Source of the DNA: Octopus sinensis
Taxonomy: Eukaryota
DNA: 64,000 bases
Reading direction: 5' to 3'
Assembly (NCBI RefSeq): GCF_006345805.1
Contig: NC_043005.1
Span: 22,568,001-22,632,000, forward strand
Part shown: piece after piece, positions 37,101-48,244 of the stretch
Position numbering within the stretch: position 1 is the stretch's first letter
Layout of the letters: every line of letters starts with the position of its first letter
The notes under the pieces: model-generated
Seen by the model: only the letters and a program-made list of their open reading frames with translations
What the model was told of the DNA's origin: nothing
Databases searched by the model: none
Translations under genes and position numbers: made by a program

Positions 37101-39462
37101 ATATGAAGGGGAGTATCCTCGGTAGAAAGGCAGATGTAAACAAGAGGGCTATCGACTTCCGCCCGTACCGCCATCATTCAGCTCTGAGGGTAAATAATAA
37201 GGGATTATCTCCCTCTTTCCCGTTAGCTACTAACTTCCGGCTGTGCCACAACCTTGTGGTTTCCAAAATGCCGGCAGAAATTTCCTAAAATGCAAACATG
37301 ACCCGAAAATCTCCGTTCTGGAATTAAGTATAATCCCTGCTTCGAGTGAGTCGTTTAGGATTCTCGTGCCTTCGGCTACGCATAGCTTGCAGCGTTTCAA
37401 CCCGTTGATGTAGGGGCCTGGGTTTTCGAGGATTTTCCATGAGATCGAGTGTGGAACTTTGTCTTTTTTTAGTTATCAAACGTGGTTGGCCTGCGATGTT
37501 ACGTATCTCCTTTCCAAGACTCTGAAAGAGGATCCATGGTTGGAAAATCTTATCTTGAACGAATTTCCAATACAACCATTGTATTTTCGTGAACGTGCAA
37601 TGTCGGTACTCGTTCCTATTATTGTTGTTGCTATCTCTGCTGCTGTTGCTGCCGCTGTTGTAGTTGTAGCTGCTGATGTGGTTGCTGTCGTTGCTGTCAC
37701 CGATGTTGTTGCTACTGCCGTTGATGCTATTGATGATGCTAATGCTGATAATGTTGGAGCTGGGGCTGTTGGTGTTGGTGCCGGGCTGCTGGTGTTGGTA
37801 CTGCTGGAGGTGGTGGTTGCGTCGGTAATTCTGCAGTCTCTGTGTGTTTCCGGTGATGCACCTGTTGATGCTGTTACTAATACTGTCGATGTTGTCGTTG
37901 ACGTTGTTCCTGCCATTGCTATTGTTGTTGTCGTTGCCTACGATGCTGTTGCTGGAGCTGCTGGTGTTGGTGTTGGCGTTGGTGTAAGTGTTGGTGTTGG
38001 TATTGGCGGAGGTGGAGTGGCGGAAGCATTGGTACAGCTATCGCCTTTGCCGGTTATGGAGGAGACGTTGTAGTTACTAACGTTGTGGCTAAAGTGGTTA
38101 CTAACATTATTGCGGTCTTCACCGATATAGGTGGGGGGGAGTACTTCTACCAGAGGTTTCAGTAGACGAGATTATGCTGGTACTTCTGCTGGGGTCGCTG
38201 CCGCTGTTGATATAGATGGTGTCGGTACTGGATCTGTTACTGCTACTGCAATCGGTCCTATCAGGGTAGGCATTGGCAGGGCTGCTATTGTGGACATCAG
38301 GGAAGCTGTTGGTGTTGTTGTTGTTGGTGTCGATGTGGTTTCTGTTGTTGACGTCACTAAAATGTCCACTGTGGTGGTGGTGTTGGCTCTGTTAGTTCAG
38401 TTGTCGTATCTACGGCCGCTTTTGTTTCTGCCGGGAGAATTGGCATGGTTCACTCGTACTTCGGCTTGATAGACTACTCCTTTGGTTTTGCAGTGGCCTC
38501 CTACCGGCCAACTGTTGCGGAGCCTGCATGAACAACCTGCCTCTTCCTGTAGCCAAGGCACGCTAACTAGCATGCTCTTAATATTAGGGGCACAACTAAA
38601 CGAGACTCTAACGTTGTGCCTCGTGAAAATTTGTCCGTACATATGGGAGCTTGTAAAGTGCTTGTCTATTAATTTCAAGAAAAGTCTACCGACGGGCGTT
38701 ATAATGTGACGGGAGAAGTAGGTGCAAACCAAATTGTATTTCTGCAGGGTTTCTTTTTGCGGTTGTTGGGTTCCGGTATATAGGAGATGCGGTCCCTAAG
38801 CACGCTGTCGGATAGGGCTTCATTATAGTATAGGGCCGACGCGCCGAAGGCTTCTTGGTTAGAGGAAAGGTTTGAAATCCTTTTGCCTTTACCCTTTACC
38901 AGGTTCCTGAACACGATGGGTGGGTGTCAGGAGGCTGTGTTCATGTATGTTAGCATCTCGTTTGTTTAGCGGTACAGCCTGTGAGTACCGGAGCCCAGGT
39001 CCAGCTTGACATCTAAGAAGTATGCTGTGGTGAGTTTGGTTTCTATGGTGATCTTCAATCCCACGAACGCAAGCATGCTGATTAAGTCCTTCTTAAGCCT
39101 ATCTAGTGCATAGCCTCTTACTTCCTTAGAGATGACAAGAGCGTCATCTGTATAGAGGCCAAAGAGAACTGAGGGAAACTTTTTCCTAAGGGTGTCCAGG
39201 ATGTACAACCCTATGAGGTCGCACGTGTCGTAGGCCCCCGTCGCTACGTCAAAGGAGCACGTGGGGTCGGATTGCTTGACCTGTCATGCATAATAATTTT
39301 TACATCTCTGTCGCTAAAGCTAGTGAAGCCGCTATCGAAAGAAAGCGCTTTGGTCAGTAACGTTTTAGATATAGACAAGTAAAAATCGAATATATCAAAT
39401 TGCGTGAAACTTGCCCTGCCTCTACCCTGGTTGAGGTTAAACCATGCTTTCACTTCGTTGGT
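37101..39462 (-). mobile_element. Penelope-like retroelement, 5'-truncated (RT, linker, GIY-YIG)
   Basis: RT motifs QFDIFDFYLSI, FDVATGAYDTCDL, GLYTDD, FLDV; IWF..VGRLFLKLIDKHF; CSCR..GGHC linker; VVYQAEV; YNGCIGNSFKIRFSNH; WKIL..CKLC..LNSRTEIFGSCLH. Confidence 0.9.
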
Positions 39463-39800
39463 GACCCCTATATCAACGGGGCGAAACACTTCAAGCTATG
39501 CATAACCGAACGCACAAGAATCCTAAAATTCGCTAAAGAGAGCCAGGCACTATGTTTAACTCCAGAACAGAGATTTTCGAGCCATGTTTGCATTTTAGGA
39601 AATTTCTGCCGACATTTTGGGAACCACAATGTTGCGGCACAGTCAGAAGTTTGCAACTAACGGAAGAGAGAGATAATCCCTTATTGTTTACCCTCAGTGC
39701 TGAATGATGGCGATACGGGCGGAATTCGATAGCCATTAACAAAGGGAGATAACCCCCCCTTGTTTACATCTGCCGTTCTACCGATGCTCCTCCCCTTCAT
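39463..39800 (+). repeat. Inverted copy of the element's 3' end (pLTR)
   Basis: Diverged reverse complement of ~37101-37425; both copies end TCCCCTTCATAT. Confidence 0.88.
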
Positions 39801-39811
39801 ATATATATATA

Positions 39812-40203
39812 CTAGCAGTATCGCCCGGTGTTGCTCGGGTTTGTAAGGGAAATAACTATCAAGCAAGCTAAGAATTTAAGATGTAGTAATAGCCATCTCA
39901 ATATGGTTAACCACAAAGTTGGGGTGTTACTGGGCTTTTTACGTTCTGAGATTTAATAATAATTTTTAGAGAGTTACTTCCCTTATATATGCCAAAAATG
40001 CATTAAAGGGGAAAAATTGATGGTAATTTTTTTTTTAAATCGTAGACTCATCGTAGACGCGCGCTAATACCCAGAAGGCTCGATATGAATCACGACTATA
40101 AGATACCCCCGGTTTTGGTTAAACTGCACCGCAAATGTGGGAGTAGTTAGGAATCTAATCGTAGGAGACAGACAGCACACAACCTCACTTTTATATATAA
40201 AGA
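39812..40203 (-). mobile_element. Non-autonomous Helitron (~390 bp)
   Basis: 5' TCTTTATATATAAAAG, 3' hairpin CCCGAGCAACACCGGG then CTAG; A|T target; same family as 53902-54295 and 63618-64000. Confidence 0.85.
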
Positions 40204-40359
40204 TATATATATATATATAATGATACGTAATTGTAAGCTCCAAGGATATAGGTGTAATATGTGTGTGTGTGTGTGTGTGTGGTGTGTTGTGTGTACGTAT
40301 GTATGTATGTATGTATGTATGTACGTATGTGTGCGTAAGGGAACATTTAGTTGGCTTAC

Positions 40360-40454
40360 CATTTTTTTACCATTTGTGGAGCCAGTACATTCATGAGTGG
40401 ATAAACACCAAACAACAAGCTGATTAAAGTATTGTTCATTCCACGAAGTTTAGC
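40360..40454 (-). CDS. SLC18B1: SLC18B1-like exon (95 nt to GTAAGC donor; 84 nt to GTAAAA donor at 40370)
   Basis: ttccttcag acceptor; reads AKLRGMNNTLISLLFGVYPLMNVLAPQM(VKK), equivalent to AEKKGASNTIIGMIFGCFALFELLASLVFGNY. Confidence 0.82.
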
Positions 40455-41439
40455 CTGAAGGAAAAAAAATATCCATTTGGTTCATTAAATCTGATCAGTT
40501 ATAGAGGTGTAATGGTGCATTATTGTAGGGACAAGTCCACGTATTTTGTAGGAAGAATACAGTCGTTTAACTTAGACCCAAGTGCTTGACTAGTACTGAT
40601 TTTATTTATATCCATAGAATGAAAGACAAATTCCTCCCCACTCCGTTATGAACAACTAAGTACAGCCAATCTGCCAGTCTTTTAAACTTGCACCACTCTT
40701 TTCTTAATCCCAATAACAACTGCAACTGAGAAAGAGATTAAGCGACGGTAAACCGAGTTCGTGACACGGTTTCCACTCTTAGTTGATATATTTCGCTTAT
40801 ACCAATAAATGACTTTGAGAAAGGCTTAGAAGTTACATAATCTATTTTTTTATAATAAATTGACGATCATTCTCTCAAATCAAAAATTAATACTTTCGCC
40901 ATTAATCACAGGTGGAAAGCTACAAATCCAAAATCAAAAGACCATTCTAGATCTCAGTTGTAGTGCCTTGAACGGCGGTGTTGTCAGACATAGTACTCAA
41001 TATTTAGTTATGTCTCTTTAGGTTCTGTGTTCAAAGCTCACTTGTAATTGGCACAGCTTTTCTATCCATCCAAGGTGTCTATACAATAGATATACTAGTT
41101 ATATACTGAGGTCAACAGTTTCCCTTCAATTTTGATCACTACAATTTGTGTTTCGTATGAAATCAATATTTCCTTTTTTTAAAATATGGTCATTACCACT
41201 GTATGAAATGTTTTCGGTCCCTGTCAGCGCGCTACTAAGATTTAGGTTCAATTCCTAGTTGCACCTATTTTACTTTACTTCTCCAACATCGTTAATGTCC
41301 AAGAGAAGGACATAAATAACACTCTGTTTTATATTTGTTCTCCGGTAAATTAAATGTCATAGTTTTATTGTTTAACAAAGCAAATTTAAATAGTTTTAAA
41401 GAATTTACACCCAAGGAAATGTTTCTAATTGTGGAACAC

Positions 41440-41897
41440 AATTTGGTGCTACTTTGGTATACGATCTACGTATCATGAAACTGCTTTGGTATGCGACCTA
41501 CACTTTATATTGTGATCTACAAGTAAAGTTATACTGATCGAGAACAAGGAAATCACCTGTATCGGTTTCGATAAAATGTCTGGTTAGAGAGTATGAAGCA
41601 TAAATCTTAATAATAAATGTGTAAAATGTTTAAACATTTTAATTATCTGTTTTTGTTGTTGTTGTTTTTTTACTTTTCTAGCTGATGTTCGTTCGATTCT
41701 CCCATAAAATTAGTAAACGTGTTTCAAATCTACTTCATTTTGATTTTTTTTAAATAAATAAAAATGTATATATGTTTTATTTAAGCCATAATAAATATAA
41801 ATAAATGAAACATGTAGATCGCATACTAAAGTAGAATTTGACTTTTGTAGATCACGTTGGTTACGTAGATCGCATACCAAAGTAGCACCCAAAATTT
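41440..41897. mobile_element. MITE with TIRs and subterminal repeats
   Basis: AATTTGGTGCTACTTTGGTATACGATCTAC vs GTAGATCGCATACCAAAGTAGCACCCAAAATTT. Confidence 0.7.
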
Positions 41898-43300
41898 GTT
41901 GTTTTTTTTCTTCTTTTGTATACCTTTCGTTTTTGCATTAATTCCTCCAAATCAGGAGTGGAACACATTACTATAAGCTGTGGAAAGAAACATATGTCAA
42001 CAGTTATGGCGCGGCTACTGATTCTAAACAGCATGAAGTTATTCCCATCCTTGATAACTGTTCTCAGCTTTCTGAAAAATAAACATACTCCTTGACCTCT
42101 CTTCAAAATCAGAATTATCAATCTACAAAGTCTCATTGTGTTTGAACAGTTTCGCAAGTTCTAAAGTATCCGGTCGGTTCATAAGTATCGGTTGCAAATA
42201 ATAGACTTAATAAAGCCGCGATCTGTGGTGAAAATAGATTTTTATCAGTGTTAAGTGATTTCACAACATCGTGACCAAATTCTTCTGTGAATGGACGTTG
42301 AAAATTATTGTCTGATATATTTGGTGAGAATAAAATGTATTGTCCAAAGAACACAACAGTGTTGATCGAACCAATGAGGGAGCCACATTCAGAACAACAA
42401 TCTCTAATGTACCTGCATCTTTTTAAAAAGTCGGACGAAATCGGTGGAGCTTCGGTTCTGCAACGGAACACGAATGCGAGCTGAGAACCAAGCTCGGGCA
42501 CCAACACGAACACGAGCACGAGCATGATCACAGCCATGAGCATGGCCACGAATACGGTCTCGAAGACGGCCATGAAGACGACCACAAAGACGGCGACGAT
42601 CACAACGCCGAACGCCCAGTAGCTGGCGACAAACGTATAACACACAAACACTCACACCCGCGCTGGAATTGTCGACCGACATGAATCTCGCAGGCGAACG
42701 GACGGAATCGCTGGAGCTTCCGCTAGGCGGAGGAATACGGCGATCGTTGTGGTTTCAGAGAAATGTAGAGTCATTTGATCGCTGGAGCTTTTTCCGCTAG
42801 GGCGGAGAATCACGGCGGATCGTTTTTGGTTTCAGAAAATGTAGATTCAGTTTGTAAAAGTCATGTGTCATAGATTATTGCAACTGACACATTTTCACAC
42901 CATAGGTCTGCTGAATCAGGATTGACCTGGAGCTTAACCACGCAGCACAACAACTCAGTGCTGGTGATGGAGCGTGAATAACTCACTTCTTCACTGCTAT
43001 TGTTCTTATTTATCCCAGTTCAGCTCAGCTTCGACAGATCAATGACTGAAAGTCTTTCAACCATTATCAACATACCTTTTTTCCAGACAGTGAGTCAAGA
43101 ACTACATTATCCAAAACAGCCTTTCTTGACGTTGTAATTGTTTTTGCTGTTGTTTAACCCCGGTTAATTATTTGACGCAGTAGATCAAAACTGTTCTAAC
43201 TGTAGCCATCACAGCGTTTATTAAGACATGGCTTTTCTGTCTGAATAAAAGATGTAAAGATATCCAATATATCTTTACATTTTTTTTTCTCAAGATAATA

Positions 43301-44544
43301 CGAGGGTCGGCTGAAAAGTTCATAGGCTGACCAAGATGCTCGCATGGAATGTGACCAAATGAGATTTCTTCCATCAGTGTTGCAGTGCTTGGATGCCATT
43401 GGTGAAGAACCTTTCATCTGTTAGTCAAAAAAGTTGGCAGCAGCAGATATGACGTCATAATTACTGCATTATTGCAACCAAGTGTTTTTTTTTTATATTG
43501 GGGGACAGATGATAAGTCAGATGAGGCCAAATCAGAAGAATAAGGAAGCCAATCAACCAGGTCAAAGCCACAGTCGCGTACAGCATCCATTGAAACCATG
43601 TACTTGTGTGCTGGAGCATTGACATTGGGAAGCCAGACCTCTTTCTTCAGTTTTTCTGGCTATTAGGTCTTGATAGCTCTTCGTAACTGCTTCAGTAAGT
43701 GGCATAGTACTTTTCTTTGATGGTGTGGCTCTTTAAAGACATTAAAATAAACACAATGTCTTTTTGCTCCTCAAATCTGATGCCATCATCTTCCCTGCAG
43801 ATGAAACACCCTTGGCCTTCTTTGGAGCAGGTGAGGATTGATGTTTTCACTGCACAGATTATCTCTCTGTCTCTGGTTCAAAGTAATAAAGCCAACACTC
43901 ATCCTGGGTTAGGAAACGTTTAAGAAAACCAGCTGGATCTGCCTCACACAATGTGAAATTTTCCCGTGATGTGATCAGCCTGGTGCACTTTTGATCATAT
44001 GTCAGAAGACACTTCGTCCTATCAAGTCATACCAAGTTTTGCAGAATATTCTCAACTCTCTCACACCATATGTTAATAACATTGATTATTTGATTCATAG
44101 TCAATTACTTGTCATCCATCACCGTGTGGGAAACACGATCAATGTTTTCCTCAGTGGAGGCAGTTGCTAGACGTCCAGACCTTGGTTCATTTTCAAGAAT
44201 ATCCCATCTCCTCTTAAATTCGGCTGCTCACTTTTGCACTGTTGATAAAGCTGGAGCAACAACCCCTAATGTAGCAACCATGTCAACATGAATGTTGTTA
44301 GGGACAAAATCCTTTTTCTGCAGGTACTTGATAACACCACAATGCCAAATTGTGTCCATTTTGAAGAGAAGTTGTAACTAGTTACTTTTGAAGCTGTCAA
44401 ATATCTTGAGCTGTGAGGTGTCAGTTTATCTGGGTGAAAAATAATGCAGTTATTAAGAAGAATTTAAATCAATGCATGCAAGATTTCACAACGCTAGCAT
44501 CACGCATTCATAGTCAGCCAATGAACACTTTTTACCCACCCTCG
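43301..44544 (-). mobile_element. Mariner transposon (irritans-type TIR), degenerate
   Basis: TA-flanked TIRs CGAGGGTCGGCTGAAAAGTTCATAGGCTGAC / GTCAGCCAATGAACACTTTTTACCCACCCTCG; transposase relics MDTIWHCGVIKYL, EPRSGR, WLPYSSDLASSD. Confidence 0.88.
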
Positions 44545-44793
44545 TAGAGTATGACGTCAGGCCATTTTGATTACTATTAGTAACAGAGCACCAGGCCACA
44601 TAAATGTATGCATTTGGGGCAGATTGTCCAGAATGTCGATGATGACACATTTTTGACTGATTGTTCAGTATACTATAATTTCTGACATCGTCTTCATAGT
44701 CGCTGCTATTAAGAGAGAAAATACATTTAGGAGCAATATTTAGGGAATGAATATACATTGAGAGAATGAAGATATTTTAATAAGGTTACCTAC

Positions 44794-44910
44794 CTCAACT
44801 GGATAGCTAACTTCTAGTATAGGGAACACCGAACCGGATATCAAACGAGATAGCAACAGTGCCGTTATAAGAAATTTTTCTCGAGAAGCAATTTTCTTTG
44901 GTGGTCTCGG
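44794..44910 (-). CDS. SLC18B1: SLC18B1-like exon, 5' boundary unresolved
   Basis: GAG|GTAGGT donor, phase 0. Reads PRPPKKIASREKFLITALLLSRLISGSVFPILEVSYPVE, equivalent to TM1 region LSREQVFVLISAASVNLGSMMCYSILGPFFPKE. Confidence 0.7.
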
Positions 44911-45310
44911 TCTCTCTCTCGTTCTCCTCTTTTTTCTCTTGCTCTGTCCCCTTCTTTCACTGTACCTCTATAGCAGTCTCTTCTTACAGTCCCACTCTTG
45001 CACTGTCCCCTTTCTCACCTTTTCTCCTATTCACTGCCCCTCTTTCGCAGTGTTCCCTTTTCTCACTGTCCTACCCTCTATGGCATTGAACTTTTCCGTA
45101 AGCTGCATCCCCTCTCACTAACTCCCTCTCTCACTATTCCCACACTGTTCCTTTCTCTCACTGTCCTTTTCTCTCACTATCTTACTGTACCGTTCTCTTG
45201 CTGTTTCTTCTTTCACTAACCATCTCTTACTTCTTCCTCTCCCCCTATAACCTTACATGTCCTCCTCTCACTCCCACACTTCCTCAGCTTCCTTCATTGT
45301 CTCTCTCTGC
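44911..45310. repeat. Degenerate CT-rich satellite / low-complexity tract
   Basis: Recurring CTCACTGTCCC-like units. Confidence 0.7.
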
Positions 45311-45553
45311 CAAAAAAATAAAGAAATATTGAAAGCCTGTGAGACATACATAAATCAGTACATCGTTCTTAACAACAACAATAAAATCATGAACAGTAAC
45401 AACAATCGAGAGAGATCCTATGTGATTGCTCACATTGAAATAAAATATCCTTCAAATTGTCATATAGAATAGTTGTCTATGGAATACTCAGCCACTTTGA
45501 ACGCTAAGCAATATATATATATATGTTGTATGTATGTGTGTGTATATATATAT

Positions 45554-45602
<49 letters not shown>

Positions 45603-45604
<2 letters not shown>

Positions 45605-45919
45605 CGGGAAGCTTTATGAAAATAAACAAAAGACGAAGGCAGGGGAAAACAAACGAACAATTGTATTAGTATGGCGCTCAGGAAATATAAATAAAACAAG
45701 TCTTTAACGTTTCGAGCCTACGCTCTTCAACAGAAAGATACACAGAGAGAGAAAAACACAGAAAGAAGAAGGAGAGAAAAAAAATGCGTGCAGTAGCTAA
45801 CGAATCAACATGGCGATTTGTACCCACCCGTCTTCATTTTTGTTTTTTTCTGTAAACTCTCCCTAAAATTATTAATTAGTTGATTGGTTAATTAGTTAAT
45901 TTAATTGATTAATTTTACC

Positions 45920-45968
<49 letters not shown>

Positions 45969-46960
45969 AAAGGGTAAAATTAATCAATTAAATTAACTAT
46001 ATATATATAATAAAAGGGTAAAATTAATCAATTAAATTAACTAATTAACCAATCAACTAATTAATAATTTTAGGGAGAGTTTACAGAAAAAAACAAAAAA
46101 TGAAGACGGGTGGTGTACAAAACAGATGTATTAGTATAACGCTCAGGAATAGAAAAAGTATTTTACGTTTCGAGCCTACGCTCTTCTACAGAAAGGGACA
46201 CAGAAAATAAGGAGAGAAACAAGGAAAGAAAAAAAAATGTGTGTAGTGGCTAACGATCTATCATGGCGTCTGACTTGGACAGAAGGGTCACACGCGAGAA
46301 GGAAAGTAGGGGAGATAACAAAGTGAAAGAACCCCCAACACGAAGGTGCGTGTGTGTATAAGAGAGTATGTATGTGCGTGTGAAAGAGGGCTGGTGGTCT
46401 GGACGTGTGCGTGTATGTATGTGTAGGTGTGAAAATGTGGGGATGGGTGTGTGGATGGTGTGTTGTGATGTGTTGTGTAATGTTGTATAGTGTAGTGTGG
46501 TTAGGTGTGATGTTGTTGGGAGGTGGGGAGGCGAGAGTGGGGAAAGCATGGGTGGGGTGTGGGTTCGGCTGAGGGTTGGGGTAGAGTTGAGGTTTGTGGA
46601 TAGGCAGAGGGTGGGGGTAGACGTGAGGGTATGTGGGGGGGGGGGGTGGTATAGGATGGGGATGGGATGGGGGATGGGAAGGATAGGGAAGGTGAAGTAG
46701 GGATGTGTAGGGGTGGGTGGATTTATGGAGGAGGGGAAGGTGAGTAAGTGAGGAGACAAGAGAGAAAGAGAGGGTGAAAGAGTAGGAGAGAAGAGAAAGA
46801 GAATAAGAGAGGAGAGAAAAAGAGGGAAGAGAGAAAGAGAGTAAGAGAGAAGAGAGAAAGGGAAAAGAGAGTAAGAGGGAAGAGGGGAAGAGGAGAGAGA
46901 AAGAGAGAAAGAGAGTAGGAGAGAAGAGAGAATAATTAATAATTTTACCTAGATCGGTAC
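45603..46960 (-). mobile_element. Two pLTR-like CUGUNGA repeats (copies B, C) around a palindrome, plus a long purine-rich extension
   Basis: 45603-45815 and 46072-46268 are homologous; 45820-45925 is the reverse complement of ~46008-46110 across (TA)n. Confidence 0.75.
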
Positions 46961-47221
46961 GTTAAAATAACCTTTATAGATAAAATTATACAAATATTCT
47001 ATAATTATCAACATAATTATAATTAGGTGTCAGCTAGGTAAGACATCTATATTGTAGATTCTTAAAACAAGTTTAATTTCAAAATAATCATTCACATAAC
47101 GAACACAAATAACCGTCTGTTCCTTACCGTAAATATCTTGTATACCATCAATAATGATTCACCTCTCAGTGGGCCTGTGTGTGTGTATATATATATATAT
47201 CTATATATATATATATATATA

Positions 47222-47410
47222 TAGGGAGAGTTTACGAAAAAGAAAACCAAAGACGAAGACAGGTGGTGTACAAAACAAACAGATGTATTAGTATAACGCC
47301 CAGGAATAGAAAAAGTCTTTTACGTTTCTAGCCTATGCTCCTCTACAGAAAGGGACACAGAAAAAACAAGGAGAGAAAAAATGTGTGTAGTGGCTAACGA
47401 TATATCATAT
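47222..47410 (-). mobile_element. pLTR-like CUGUNGA repeat (copy D)
   Basis: Same family; flanked by (TA)n. Confidence 0.75.
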
Positions 47411-47458
47411 ATATATATGTGTGTGTGTGTGGTGTGTGTGTGTGTGTGTGTGTGTGTT

Positions 47459-47675
47459 CAGGGCTGGCCAAAAATCACCTGAGAGTAAATCAAGACCATC
47501 TAGAATTATTTTATGAGACATTGCTAATAAATAGACAAATGTTGGGGAAAAAACAGTGATTTTAACTCACAGCATTCAATTATTAAACATTCATAATTGG
47601 AATGAATAAATAAAATTGAATATTAAGTATTTATGGAATTTTCAGTTAATGTCGGGTGACTTTTGGCCAACCCTG
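47459..47675. mobile_element. Tc1/mariner-type MITE
   Basis: TIRs CAGGGCTGGCCAAAAATCACC / GGTGACTTTTGGCCAACCCTG followed by TA. Confidence 0.8.
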
Positions 47676-47689
47676 TATATATATATATT

Positions 47690-47890
47690 AGTGTGTATGT
47701 TTGTTTGCAAATGGTCTCTTCTCGATTGAACTATCTTCGAAAAAACTCTTTCTCAAACAGAGAATATTTATTAGGATTTAATTCCACAGCAAACTCTAAA
47801 ATTGCGACGTTTGTTTTATATTAGGAAGATAATATTAATATTAATTCTTAAAATGTCCTAAATGTAAATTAATCCCAAGAAAAGTAATAA
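47690..47890. repeat. Dispersed repeat, inverted homologue at ~54960-55160
   Basis: CTCTTCTCGATTGAACTATCTTCGAAAAAACT is matched in reverse by AGCTTTTTCGAAGATAGTTCAGTCGGGAAGAG; similarity extends ~200 bp. Confidence 0.7.
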
Positions 47891-47904
47891 GGCACACACA
47901 CACA

Positions 47905-47941
<37 letters not shown>

Positions 47942-47970
47942 ACACGCACACACACACATACGCACACACT

Positions 47971-48013
<43 letters not shown>

Positions 48014-48244
48014 TGCATGTGCCGAAAAATTTCTCACTTGAAAAGGATGATGGTTTTTTTTATAAGTGTCGTGATCAAGGAATATGTCCGAGACGTTATC
48101 AATTGAGGATATTATATACTACGAAAAAACGGAAGCAGCCGAAATTCCAGAACAGTAAAGAAAATTATTTACATTTCCTTTTTGAGTTTGATAAATAATG
48201 TATTGTTTATTTATCTATATTCACTCCGTGCGACAAATACGAGT

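Noticed and set aside
37459-38469. Plus-strand Val/Ala/Gly-rich ORFs (204 and 112 aa) as membrane proteins
   Set aside because: Antisense shadows of the Thr/Ala-rich insert in the Penelope frame.
46250-46759. 169-aa Pro/Thr/His-rich ORF
   Set aside because: Low-complexity GT/GA-rich repeat extension with no domain signature.
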